A DNA stretch of 54,792 nucleotides, taken from Gemmatimonadota bacterium. GTDB lineage: Bacteria > Gemmatimonadota > Gemmatimonadetes > Gemmatimonadales > Gemmatimonadaceae. The stretch covers positions 1-54,792 of the forward strand of contig JANMLN010000051.1 in NCBI GenBank assembly GCA_031372565.1, read 5' to 3'. The notes beneath the pieces were generated by a model, which did not search any database, had not been told where the DNA came from, and saw only the letters and a list, made by a program, of their open reading frames with translations. Both the position numbers and the translations under genes were made by a program. Positions 19,537 to 29,059 of this stretch are shown piece by piece (the first letter of the stretch is position 1; each line of letters starts with the position of its first letter).

Positions 19537-20100
19537 TCAGCCAGTCACGACATCCTTCAAACGAGCCACAAGTCGTTGTAAATCATACATTTCCGTGTTT
19601 ACCGCCACATCGGCCTTCGCGTAGCTGGCCTCACGTTCGACGAGCATCCGCTCCAAAGTTGTCACCGGATTCCCACCACGTGAAAGCAACGGACGCACGA
19701 TCCGGGCCTCGCCCATGCGCCGGACCGCGGTCTCAGGGCGCACCTTGAGATAGATCACCTGGGCGGGGGGCCGCAACAGCTCCAGCAACCCGACGCCGGT
19801 GATCCAGCCGCCCCCTGGGGACAGCACCATCCCCACGACGGTCGCACACTCCTCAGTCAGCTCTTTCTCGGCTTGCCGGAACGCTCCCTCGCCTCGCTCC
19901 GCGAAGAGCGCCGGGATCGTCATGCCGACGCGACGCTCGATCTCCTCATCAAAGTCGAGAAAGCTGCGACCCAACGCTTCGGCGAGCGCGCGTCCTGCCG
20001 CCGACTTTCCGGCCCCCGACAGGCCGACCAGCACGACATGGCGTGGCGCACCCGGAGTGTCAGGGGATAAGCCGCCCGGCGAGGTGAGAAAGGTAGGCAT
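19537..20100 (-). CDS. aroK: Shikimate kinase
   Basis: LVGLSGAGKS P-loop, D.DEEIE, GEGAFR, GGG and RPLL. Start uncertain. Confidence 0.92.
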   Translation of the reverse strand: MPTFLTSPGGLSPDTPGAPRHVVLVGLSGAGKSAAGRALAEALGRSFLDFDEEIERRVGMTIPALFAERGEGAFRQAEKELTEECATVVGMVLSPGGGWITGVGLLELLRPPAQVIYLKVRPETAVRRMGEARIVRPLLSRGGNPVTTLERMLVEREASYAKADVAVNTEMYDLQRLVARLKDVVTG

Positions 20101-21250
20101 CGTGGTTCCGTCTCGTTTCTTGGAGGGCATCACCGCCGAACTTCTCGAGCAGTGCTCCTGCAAGGATATACGCGGCCATCGCCTCCGCTATGACGCCCAT
20201 AGCGGGTACCGCTGTGACATCTGACCGTTCTGCAGCGGCGGCCGCGGCTTGCCCCGTCGCCACGTCGACGGTGGCGAGTGGTCGCATGAGCGTCGCAATC
20301 GGCTTCATGGCTACGCGAATGACGAGCGGCTCCCCGGTGGTCATCCCCCCTTCGAGCCCACCGGCGCGGTTCGTCCGGCGCCGCACCCCCCCGGTACGCA
20401 CCTGATCGGGGGCAGGGTCCAGCTCATCGTGCACCTCGGCACCGGTGAGTCGAGCCGCGTCGAACCCGATGCCGATCCCGACGCCCTTCACGGCCGGAAT
20501 CGACATCATGGCCTGCGCAATCCGGCCGTCCAGCTTCCGATCCCAACTGACGTGCGAACCCAGACCGATGGGAAGCCCGCGCACGATCACCTCGCAGACA
20601 CCGCCCAAGGTGTTGCCTTCCGCCTTGATGTGGTCGATGCGCGCGATCATCGCGGCCTCAGCCACCGGATCGAGGGTGCGCAGTGGCGACGCGTCTGCGA
20701 CTGCGTTGAGATCGTCCGGCAGGGGGGGTGACGCCGTGGCGTCGATGCCCCCCAGGCTGATCAGGTGGCTTCCGATGCGAACCCCGAACTCGGCCAGCAG
20801 GCGACGGCACACCGCTCCTGCGGCAACACGCGCGGTCGTCTCGCGCGCAGACGCGCGTTCGAGGATATCACGGGCGTCGTCGCGGTCGTACTTGAGGAGC
20901 CCCGTGAGGTCGGCGTGCCCTGGCCGCACGCGCGTCACGGCGCGACGGCGACCGTCGGCGTCACCCGCGCGCGGCGCGGGATCCATGATCTCCTGCCAGT
21001 TGGCCCAGTCGCGATTCTCGATGCGCATGGCGATCGGGGCGCCCGTGGTCTCACCCGCACGTACGCCGCCGAGGAACGCGACGGTGTCGCGTTCGATCTG
21101 CATGCGACGCCCGCGCCCGTAGCCCTGCTGCCGACGTGCCAGCTCGACGTCGACGTCAGCCGCGAGGAGCGGCAATCCGGCGGGAATGCCCTCGACAATG
21201 CAGGTCAGGGCGGGGCCGTGCGACTCACCGGCGGTCGTGAAGCGGATCAT
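20060..21250 (-). CDS. aroC: Chorismate synthase
   Basis: TAGESHG, RPGHAD, ERASARET, NRAGGLEGG and ERSD. Confidence 0.98.
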   Translation of the reverse strand: MIRFTTAGESHGPALTCIVEGIPAGLPLLAADVDVELARRQQGYGRGRRMQIERDTVAFLGGVRAGETTGAPIAMRIENRDWANWQEIMDPAPRAGDADGRRRAVTRVRPGHADLTGLLKYDRDDARDILERASARETTARVAAGAVCRRLLAEFGVRIGSHLISLGGIDATASPPLPDDLNAVADASPLRTLDPVAEAAMIARIDHIKAEGNTLGGVCEVIVRGLPIGLGSHVSWDRKLDGRIAQAMMSIPAVKGVGIGIGFDAARLTGAEVHDELDPAPDQVRTGGVRRRTNRAGGLEGGMTTGEPLVIRVAMKPIATLMRPLATVDVATGQAAAAAAERSDVTAVPAMGVIAEAMAAYILAGALLEKFGGDALQETRRNHDAYLSHLAGRLIP

Positions 21251-21342
21251 GGTCCGAGGGAGAAAGCACGCGAGCCCGGTCGCGAAGACCGGGCTCGTGT
21301 GGTGGATCGAACAGGCAACCCGGGCTGATGCCTGTCAATCTA

Positions 21343-24300
21343 TCACGGCAGATCGGTCGTGCGGATCGGGATCACGAGCAGCCCTTCCTTGGTCAGGCAG
21401 TAGAGCTTGACCGAGAGCGTCGGATCGATCGCGAGTTCGCCGCTGGTCGGGAGCACCGCGCGCATGGGGCCATACAGCGCGGTCCGTACCGGGATGTTCT
21501 TGAACTTCCGGAAGGCGAAGCAATCGACGATCGCGATACTACTGTCACCCTGCATCACGAACGAGACGCGCGTGGACGGATTGCCGCCGATCGAGCAGAC
21601 GGCGCGCGGGTGATAGGCCACGCCGTTGCCCGGGAGCGAGGTGGTATACGAACCCTGCAGTCGCAGGTTGAAGAGCGCACTGGCGTTGATGTCGGCATAG
21701 AACGCGCTTCCGCCATTGGCCACGAGCGTCTGTGACAGCGAGTCCACCGCCAGTCCGTAGACCCTCTCGGAGGCGTTGTTGGTGAGGTCTGCCACCGACG
21801 TGCTGGCCGATCCCACCACGTTGAACCAGTTGCCGGCCGTGTCGATGACGAGCATGACCCGGCCTGCGGTCGTGCTCACGTTGGCCTCGCCGAAGGCGAT
21901 GGCGCGGCCGTCACCGCCGGCGGAGAGGAAGGTCGTATCGGTGAGCGAGAGTGAGCCCACGTCGATCTGCAGCGCGCGGCAGTCGCCGTTCGCTCCCCGC
22001 AACGTCCCGTTGCACAGGCGGACGATGTTCGAGTCCGTGGCGCCCAGCGAATACGTACCGAGGGCCGTGGTCGCGGGAATGGTGATCTGCGAGGCCGTGC
22101 CGTACTGCCGCTCGAACACCGTGATGTTGTCGCTGATCGAGTCTCGCAGCGACTTGGTGATGTACAGCGAGTCGACGTTGGCGACGACGTAGGTGTTCTC
22201 CGCTCCGAGGGCTGCGTAGGTGGTGACCTGCTGCACCTCGGTGGAGGCCGGCGGCTGACGCGGGTCGATGCGTCGCAGCGTGCCCGGCTTGGCCGTCGCG
22301 GTCGGCCGTGTCGAGTAGTAGAGGTTGCCGTTGCGCGACATCGCGATGTACTGCGGACGATCCGAGTACTGCACGATCTGGTCGAGCTTGAGCCGCGTCA
22401 CCCCCGACGCCGGATCGATGGACTGCGTGATGACATAGAGCACGTTGCCGGGCGTCTTGATGCGCCGACGCTCGGCCTTGCCGGCCGTATCCACCACCGA
22501 GATGTTCGTGCCGCCCGAGTTGGCGACGAAGATCGAGTCGCCTGTGCGGTTGAAGGTCATGCCCCACGGCTGCGACCCGACGGGGATGGCCGCCTGGAAG
22601 GTGGAGTCGGACAGGCGCCAACGTTCGAGTTGATTGCGCCCGATGTTGGAGATGTAGACGTTGTTGCCACGGTCGACCGCGAGGTCACCCGCCAGGCTGC
22701 CCGGCGGCAGGCTGGCGCTGCGGAAGGTGCGCCCGAACGCCATCACGCCGCGCACGGTATCGGCCCGGACCGAGTCCGGCTGGATGCTGGTCGCCGGCAC
22801 CACGTTGGCGCGATTGCCGAGACTGTCGAAGGCGAACGAGTAGAAGCGGTAGTTGCTTCCGAGGCTGGACAGCGGGAGCACGAGGCGTGCCCGCAGGAGG
22901 GTGTCCTTCGGGAGCGGCGAGTTGAAGACGAGCGAGTCGGTCTGGATCGTCGCGCCCGTCGAGTCGTTGACGAGCACGTAGCGAATCTTCTTGACGCCGC
23001 TGGGATCGCTCGCCCGGACGAAGATCGAGTCGCCGGTCTCCATGCGAGGCGGGATGGTCTGGTACACCAGCGGCCCGATACCGTCAGCCGTGGGCACGTT
23101 GACCAGCACGCTCGTCGAGTCGCCGAGGACGGTGATCCCGGGATTCACGACGTCGCGCGCGAACGGCACGATGCGAACCGTGGATCCGGCCAGCACCGTG
23201 TTCGGTACCGTCACCGTGTCGAAGACCGTGCCGGACGTGGAGTTCGCCGCCGTCACGTCGATCCGCTTGACCGGAATGACCCAGTTGGCGTTCACGATGC
23301 GATAGCCGATCTCGATCAGCTTGGACGGCCCGGTGGCGGAGACCTGGATCGGGATACGCGTGCCCGGGAAGGTGGTCGCCCCCCCGGTCGGCGCGTTGAG
23401 CGTGACGGTCGGTCCGCTGAGCAGGATCACGTTCCGCACGAGTGTGCGGGAGCGACCGGTCCGGTCCGTGACCTCGTAGCGCAAGCGCAGCGTGTCGGGG
23501 CCGCCGGGGCTCGACGTCGCCGTCATGATGCGCGTGATGGTGGTATCGGTGAGGCCGACGCGGAAACTCTGCGGCCCGCTCGCCTTGATCGGAGCGAACA
23601 CCGAGTCGTAGCGGATGGTCGTGTCGACGGTACCGAGCGCCGGATTGCCACGCGTCGTGAACCCGACGATGCTGAGCCGGGCCAGGCCGAAGTTGTCCGT
23701 CACGCGCGCGGAGGCCGTGAAGTTGGAGCCGAGCGTGACGGTGGCAAGGTTGCCCGGCACCACGCTGAGCGTGTCGAAGACGGGGCCGATCGAATCCTGC
23801 GTGAAGGACCGGGCCGTCAGGAAGACGCGCCGCATGAGCGTCGAGTCGTTGCCCGACTGGTCGGTGGCCGTGAAGAACACGAACACGGTCTCGGCGGCGA
23901 CGGAGCCATGGCCGATCGGCAGCATCCGGCGCGACACCGTGGTGTCGAGCAGGCCGGTGCGGAGTGTGAGGCCTCCGCTGCCCACGGGGACCGCGACCGT
24001 GTCGAAGCGCAGCAGGGTGTCGACGCGACCGAGCGCGGGATTGCCCCGGTACGTCACGCCCCACGACTTCATGCGGACCACCTGCACGTTGTCGGTCGCG
24101 CGCATGGTGGTGATGAAGTTCGTGTCGCCCGCCGTGACCGTGGTGTCACGCGTCGGCAGAATGAGCTGGAGGCCCGGTGGCTGCGGATCGCGCAGCAGAA
24201 TGACGACCTGCGGCACGCGGGTCACATTGCCGGAGGCATCCACCGCGCGCACACGCACGCCGTAGTTGCCGGCGCTGAAGACGAGCGGATTGTATGCGAA

Positions 24301-24987
24301 CGTGAAGCCGGACCGCGAGGCCGTGGTCGGCGCGCTGGCGCTCGGCGTGACCGAGTCGACACGGACACGCAAGGTGCCCACCGTATCCGTCGGGCTCGCC
24401 AGCCGCCAGATCTCCGAGAAGACCCTGACCAGGCCGGAACTGTCCGAGGCATTGAAGGCAACCCGGACGGAATCGGTGACCCGGAATCCCGTGTTGGCGA
24501 CGGGGAGGCTGACGCTGACAGCCGGGAAGATTGAATCGCGCGTGAAGAGGATCTGCGTGTCGACCGGCGAAAGATTGCCGGTCAGGTCGGCCGAGCGGGC
24601 GATGACGCGCACCGTTGTGCCTGCGGCCACGCCGGCCATGCGCACGGACAGCGCGCGGGAGTAGGTGGTCCCACCGCCCGCGTTGGACGTGGTGTCGCGG
24701 ATCAACTGCGTGGTGCCGGCGAGGACCGTGACGTCCAGGCGGCGCAAGTTGCGGTTGTCGATGCCGGTGACGGTGACCGCCAGCGGCACGTTCACATCAA
24801 TGGTGTCGTTGTTTGCCGCCGGCACCACGATCGAGACCGTCGGAGCGACGTTGTCCGTCGTGCCGCCGGTGGTGCCGGGGCTGGTTCCGGTGGCCGCAGG
24901 CTCGCAACTGGCGACCAGCAGCGCGAGGCACGCCCCGATGGGGCGTACGAAGCGGCGAGTCGTATGGGGACGTTCGCGCGTCATCAT
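21343..24987 (-). CDS. Large surface lipoprotein: tandem Ig-like domains plus C-terminal YncE/YVTN-like beta-propeller
   Basis: Lipobox LVAS|C. Repeated P.V.I..P / A.D..G / A.D..GN Ig-like motifs. IPVGSQPWGMTFN..GDSIFVANSGGTNISVVD propeller blade. Starts 8 nt after the pilQ stop. Confidence 0.75.
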   Translation of the reverse strand: MMTRERPHTTRRFVRPIGACLALLVASCEPAATGTSPGTTGGTTDNVAPTVSIVVPAANNDTIDVNVPLAVTVTGIDNRNLRRLDVTVLAGTTQLIRDTTSNAGGGTTYSRALSVRMAGVAAGTTVRVIARSADLTGNLSPVDTQILFTRDSIFPAVSVSLPVANTGFRVTDSVRVAFNASDSSGLVRVFSEIWRLASPTDTVGTLRVRVDSVTPSASAPTTASRSGFTFAYNPLVFSAGNYGVRVRAVDASGNVTRVPQVVILLRDPQPPGLQLILPTRDTTVTAGDTNFITTMRATDNVQVVRMKSWGVTYRGNPALGRVDTLLRFDTVAVPVGSGGLTLRTGLLDTTVSRRMLPIGHGSVAAETVFVFFTATDQSGNDSTLMRRVFLTARSFTQDSIGPVFDTLSVVPGNLATVTLGSNFTASARVTDNFGLARLSIVGFTTRGNPALGTVDTTIRYDSVFAPIKASGPQSFRVGLTDTTITRIMTATSSPGGPDTLRLRYEVTDRTGRSRTLVRNVILLSGPTVTLNAPTGGATTFPGTRIPIQVSATGPSKLIEIGYRIVNANWVIPVKRIDVTAANSTSGTVFDTVTVPNTVLAGSTVRIVPFARDVVNPGITVLGDSTSVLVNVPTADGIGPLVYQTIPPRMETGDSIFVRASDPSGVKKIRYVLVNDSTGATIQTDSLVFNSPLPKDTLLRARLVLPLSSLGSNYRFYSFAFDSLGNRANVVPATSIQPDSVRADTVRGVMAFGRTFRSASLPPGSLAGDLAVDRGNNVYISNIGRNQLERWRLSDSTFQAAIPVGSQPWGMTFNRTGDSIFVANSGGTNISVVDTAGKAERRRIKTPGNVLYVITQSIDPASGVTRLKLDQIVQYSDRPQYIAMSRNGNLYYSTRPTATAKPGTLRRIDPRQPPASTEVQQVTTYAALGAENTYVVANVDSLYITKSLRDSISDNITVFERQYGTASQITIPATTALGTYSLGATDSNIVRLCNGTLRGANGDCRALQIDVGSLSLTDTTFLSAGGDGRAIAFGEANVSTTAGRVMLVIDTAGNWFNVVGSASTSVADLTNNASERVYGLAVDSLSQTLVANGGSAFYADINASALFNLRLQGSYTTSLPGNGVAYHPRAVCSIGGNPSTRVSFVMQGDSSIAIVDCFAFRKFKNIPVRTALYGPMRAVLPTSGELAIDPTLSVKLYCLTKEGLLVIPIRTTDLP

Positions 24988-24995
24988 GACCTCAA

Positions 24996-26912
24996 TTATC
25001 GGCTCGGGCCGGGCGGCAGCCGCTCACCCTCTTCGAGAATGTGCGGTGTGACAAGAATGAGAAGGTCGCGCTTGTTCTCCGACTTGCTCTCCCGGGCAAA
25101 CAGCCGCCCGATGACGGGAATGTCCATCAGGAACGGAATCCCCTGCCTGATCGAGCTGACCGTCGTGACGGTCAGCCCGCCGATCACCGCGGTCTCACCG
25201 TCCGATACCAGCAGCTGGTTGTTGGCGCGCTGGCGGTTGATGATGAAGCCGACATCCGACTGCCCGATCTGCGCGTCCGAATTCTCGGCGGAAAGCGTCA
25301 TCAGGATCTGCCGGTTATTCGTGATGTGCGGGGTCACGGTCAGGGTGATGCCGGCCTCCGTCGTGCGCGTGGTCGCCCGCGCCACGCCGCCCGCGCCCGT
25401 GCCGGCGTCGATCACCCGGAACGGAATTTCCTGCCCGCTGAAAATGGTCGCCTGACGGTTGTCGAGCGTCACGATGCTCGGCTCCGCCTGGATGTCAGCC
25501 AGCCGATTTTCGCGCAATGCGTCGAGGAAGGACGTGATGAAGTAGGAACCCATCGCGGTCGAGAAGACCAGCCCCAGCGTGGGGTCGCCCACGCGTGCCG
25601 TCGCATTGCCGACGCCGGTGAGGGCATTGCCGCCCAGCTGGATCCGGTCGTCGGCGATCACCGCGCCGGTGGAGTCCAGCGCCGGAAAGACCGCCCTCGA
25701 GAACTGGTTGCGTGTGCGGATATCGTACCGCAACCCGATGTCTTCGATCCGGCTCCGGTTGACGAAGATGATCTTGGCGCGGATCGCGACCTGCGGCGTG
25801 CGAATGTCGAGATTGTTGACGAACTGCATCAGTTCGGGCAGGTGCACCGGCACATCGGTGATGATCAGCGAATTGGTCCCGGAATCCGAGACCACCGCGC
25901 CACGCACGATGCAGCCCTGACCGCCCGTACCGCCTCCGGCCTGCCCCGAGGCCGAGGCCGCCGTGCAGTCGCGCGACAGGAGCGAGAGGATCGTCGAACG
26001 GATGGAGTTCGCGTTGGCGTAGTTGAGCTTCTTGACCTCCGTCGCGAGCGGCTCGGCGGCCTGCTTGGTGAGCAGGTTGGTGTACGAGTCGACCGTGATG
26101 ATGCCGGTGGAGTCTTCCTGCGCATCGAGGCCCTGCGACTTCAGGATGGCCTGCAGCGCGACGTCCCACGGCTTGTCCACGATCTCGGCCGTGACCTGAC
26201 CGGCGACCGCCTTGCCGACGATGATCGTGCGGCGTGCGAACGACGCGAACGCCGAGATGACTTCCTTGATGTCGGCGTCCTGGTAGGTCACCGTCAGCCG
26301 CGGCGTCGGCGGCGCGGCGGCGCGCCCACGGGCCGACGCCGTCACGGCGCGCGCCATGCTGGTGCGGCCCAGCGTCCGGGGGTCGCCCGCATCGACGACC
26401 GCAGTCGCGGCGGCCGTCGGTGCAACGGTCGGCGCCACGATGGGGAGCTGATTCCCTGCCCCCGTCGACCACGCGGCAAACGACTCTCCGCCCTCGACGA
26501 GAATGCGGAGCGTTCCCTCGCCCTTCGCGACCTGATAGCCACGTGGGCCATCCATTTCGAGGACCAGGCGGACCACATCCGACTTGAATTGCGCGAGGCG
26601 CACGTTGGTGATGCCACCGCGCGCGATCTTGTCGTAGAGCGCCGGCGCGCTGGCCAGGACCGCATTGCGCAGGTCGAGCACCACCCGATGTGGCGCCGCC
26701 AACGTGAAGTCGGTGACGTCAACATCACCGTCGACGGCGATGATGACCTCGGTCCGGCCGGCGTTCGGGACGATCCGGAGCGCATGCACCGAGCCGACGG
26801 CGCGCGGCGCGCGCACCACCGGGCGCGACGGGGCCGCGTGCGCCGACGCAGTCCCGGCCAGAAGCACCAGGCCCAGAAGGGCCGTTCGCACGCACAGGGA
26901 TCGCGTCATCAT
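24996..26912 (-). CDS. pilQ: Type IV pilus secretin PilQ
   Basis: Signal peptide, AMIN-like domain (DFTL..P.RVVLDL), LDIRTPQVAIRAKII, EAGITLTVTPHI, GETAVIGGL and IPVIGRLF. Confidence 0.95.
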   Translation of the reverse strand: MMTRSLCVRTALLGLVLLAGTASAHAAPSRPVVRAPRAVGSVHALRIVPNAGRTEVIIAVDGDVDVTDFTLAAPHRVVLDLRNAVLASAPALYDKIARGGITNVRLAQFKSDVVRLVLEMDGPRGYQVAKGEGTLRILVEGGESFAAWSTGAGNQLPIVAPTVAPTAAATAVVDAGDPRTLGRTSMARAVTASARGRAAAPPTPRLTVTYQDADIKEVISAFASFARRTIIVGKAVAGQVTAEIVDKPWDVALQAILKSQGLDAQEDSTGIITVDSYTNLLTKQAAEPLATEVKKLNYANANSIRSTILSLLSRDCTAASASGQAGGGTGGQGCIVRGAVVSDSGTNSLIITDVPVHLPELMQFVNNLDIRTPQVAIRAKIIFVNRSRIEDIGLRYDIRTRNQFSRAVFPALDSTGAVIADDRIQLGGNALTGVGNATARVGDPTLGLVFSTAMGSYFITSFLDALRENRLADIQAEPSIVTLDNRQATIFSGQEIPFRVIDAGTGAGGVARATTRTTEAGITLTVTPHITNNRQILMTLSAENSDAQIGQSDVGFIINRQRANNQLLVSDGETAVIGGLTVTTVSSIRQGIPFLMDIPVIGRLFARESKSENKRDLLILVTPHILEEGERLPPGPSR

Positions 26913-27688
26913 GGAGTCCTCGCAGTGTTCGCATCCTTGAGCGACAGGATCTCCTGTCGCGTCACACCAAATTCTTCGACTTGGAACGTCACCGACCGCT
27001 GGCTGATCTGCGTCACCCGCAGGCGACCCACGGACTGGCCAGGTCGCACGCGGTACAGTTCCTTCGTGCTGAGATCCCGCATGACGGCAATCGAGTTGCG
27101 GCCTCGCGGATCAAGCACCACACCGATCAGCTTGAGGTCGGACATGGCGGGCTTGAGCTCCTCCGACTGCAGGAGCGACGAATACGGATCACGCCGAGCG
27201 CCACGTTCGTACGTGAACAACTCGCGGTCGATGGTAATGCTGACCCCGGTCGCGACCTGCGCCGATGCGGGGGCCGCACCCTTCACGACGGCGGGTTCGG
27301 CGGGGGTGGCAACCGGCGCCGGCGCGGCCACGCCCGACGGCTTGCCCGCGGTCGCGGCGGTCGCGGCGGTCGCGGCAGTCCCGGCTGCCGCGACGGCGAC
27401 CTTTGACGACGGTGCGGCTGGAACCGCGCCGGCCTTCGCGGCCGGAACAGCGCCGGCCTTCGCGGCGGGAGCGGCGCCCGACTTGGCGGCGACCGCGGCC
27501 GGCGCTGCGACCGAAGGAGGGGCCTTGCCGGCGGGCGTCACAGTCGGGCTGGGCGCGGGCGTTGCGGCCCGGGCCGTGGACGATCCCCCCGCCGTGATCG
27601 GACTGGCCTTCGCCGGTGCGGACTTGCCCGCCTGAGCGTGCAGCGCCAGCGGCGCGAGCGAGAGCCAGCAGATGAGGCGGCGCATCAT
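26909..27688 (-). CDS. pilP: PilP-like pilus assembly protein with long Ala/Pro-rich N-terminal region
   Basis: RRDPYSSL, LKLIGVV and YRVRPGQSVG C-terminal domain; located between pilO and pilQ. Confidence 0.75.
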   Translation of the reverse strand: MMRRLICWLSLAPLALHAQAGKSAPAKASPITAGGSSTARAATPAPSPTVTPAGKAPPSVAAPAAVAAKSGAAPAAKAGAVPAAKAGAVPAAPSSKVAVAAAGTAATAATAATAGKPSGVAAPAPVATPAEPAVVKGAAPASAQVATGVSITIDRELFTYERGARRDPYSSLLQSEELKPAMSDLKLIGVVLDPRGRNSIAVMRDLSTKELYRVRPGQSVGRLRVTQISQRSVTFQVEEFGVTRQEILSLKDANTARTP

Positions 27689-28305
27689 GCCTTGCCTCCC
27701 GGCTTGGGCGCCTCGAGCGGCACGGAGCGCGCCACGTAGGTCTGCAACTCGAACGTGGTCGAGAGCACGGCTTCACCCTTGCGCGTCGTCTTGGCGCGGT
27801 TGTTCCCACCACTCACATCCACCGACATGTTCACCGGCGCCATGATGCGCGTGAGCGACCCGACCGCCGAGAGGAAGCTCGCCGTGGCGTGATACGGTCC
27901 GACGACGCTGATCGTGTAGCGGTACGTGTCGAACTCGGCACCGGAGATGGTCGGCTCCGGCTTCACGACGCTCACCTCGAGCCCCGCCGCCTTCGCAGCC
28001 GTCGACACTTGATCCAGCAGCGCGGGCACCTCGTTTCCCGTGGGAACGAGCTGCCGCATGAGCTCGAGCGACTTCTGCGAGCGTTCCGTCTCGGCGCGCA
28101 GTTCGTCGAGCTTGCCGCGTTGCAGGAGCTTGCGCGCCTTGTTGTTCGCGGTGTCGAGCTTCGCGACGTTCGTCTCGAGGACGGCGAGCGTCTCCTGCTC
28201 GGGGGTCCACAGGAAGTACCAGTACGCGCCCGCCAGAACGAAGGCGAGGACGCCGACGATCACCACGTTGCGGTCGCGCTCGGTGAGCGTTGGGAGGCCG
28301 GCCAT
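27685..28305 (-). CDS. pilO: Type IV pilus assembly protein PilO
   Basis: N-terminal TM, coiled coil, LVPTGNEVPALLDQVS and GPYH..ASFL...GSLTRI. Confidence 0.92.
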   Translation of the reverse strand: MAGLPTLTERDRNVVIVGVLAFVLAGAYWYFLWTPEQETLAVLETNVAKLDTANNKARKLLQRGKLDELRAETERSQKSLELMRQLVPTGNEVPALLDQVSTAAKAAGLEVSVVKPEPTISGAEFDTYRYTISVVGPYHATASFLSAVGSLTRIMAPVNMSVDVSGGNNRAKTTRKGEAVLSTTFELQTYVARSVPLEAPKPGGKA

Positions 28306-28306
28306 G

Positions 28307-29041
28307 CTACTTCACCTTGACGGAAAGCTGCGTGGTCCGCAGCGTGTTCATCGGCGCCTGCTCGTACTCGGCCTGCAGTTCGAAACGCGTGAACTCCTTG
28401 CCCCCCTCGCCCGACGTCAATTCGGAACTGAGGAGCGTGACGCCGCGGATGAACGGCGACGCCTCGAGGAGTCGCATGAAGCGCGTCAGGGCCTGGATAT
28501 CGACCGTGTTGCCCGACAGGCGGAACTGCACGGGAGGTGGAGCCGCGACGGCGGTGTCCACCGCGGCAGCCTTCTTCGCCCCGGGTTGCTCTGCGGGCTT
28601 GGGCGGCAGCGCCACGAAACCGCCCTGCTGTCGCACCCCCGTGATCCAGGTGTACGCCGGCAGCGACCGGCTGACTTCGTCGAGCAAGTGCGCCCAGATG
28701 TACCGATTGCCATCGATCATGCGAATGATCTGGAACTGCCGGCGCACCGAGTCGCGCTGCGCCGTCGCGCGCGTCTGCTCGGCAATGACCTTCGCATAGT
28801 TCGTCGAGTCGGCGACCGCCTTCGTCATCCGGTCGTTGAGTGCCTGCGTGCGGTCGACCTGCGACTTCCACAGCCAGCCGACCCCACCAAGAGCGATGAT
28901 GTACGCCGCGACAGCGCCGATCAGGTAGGGGTCCTTGACCTTGGCCGCGATCGCCGCGAATTGCGCCTTGAAATCGAAGCCGCCGCCACCGCCCTTGCGC
29001 GTCTTCCGCTTCCCGCCAGGGAGGAGATTGATCTCAATCAT
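28307..29041 (-). CDS. pilN: Type IV pilus assembly protein PilN
   Basis: IEINLLP N-terminal motif, TM, LLDEVSRSLP..TW and FMRLLEASP. Confidence 0.93.
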   Translation of the reverse strand: MIEINLLPGGKRKTRKGGGGGFDFKAQFAAIAAKVKDPYLIGAVAAYIIALGGVGWLWKSQVDRTQALNDRMTKAVADSTNYAKVIAEQTRATAQRDSVRRQFQIIRMIDGNRYIWAHLLDEVSRSLPAYTWITGVRQQGGFVALPPKPAEQPGAKKAAAVDTAVAAPPPVQFRLSGNTVDIQALTRFMRLLEASPFIRGVTLLSSELTSGEGGKEFTRFELQAEYEQAPMNTLRTTQLSVKVK

Positions 29042-29059
29042 GGTATGCCGTTCCCCCGG

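Noticed and set aside
27340..27490. Short tandem repeats as a CRISPR array
   Set aside because: In-frame coding repeats without spacers; no cas genes or CRISPR array seen in the window.
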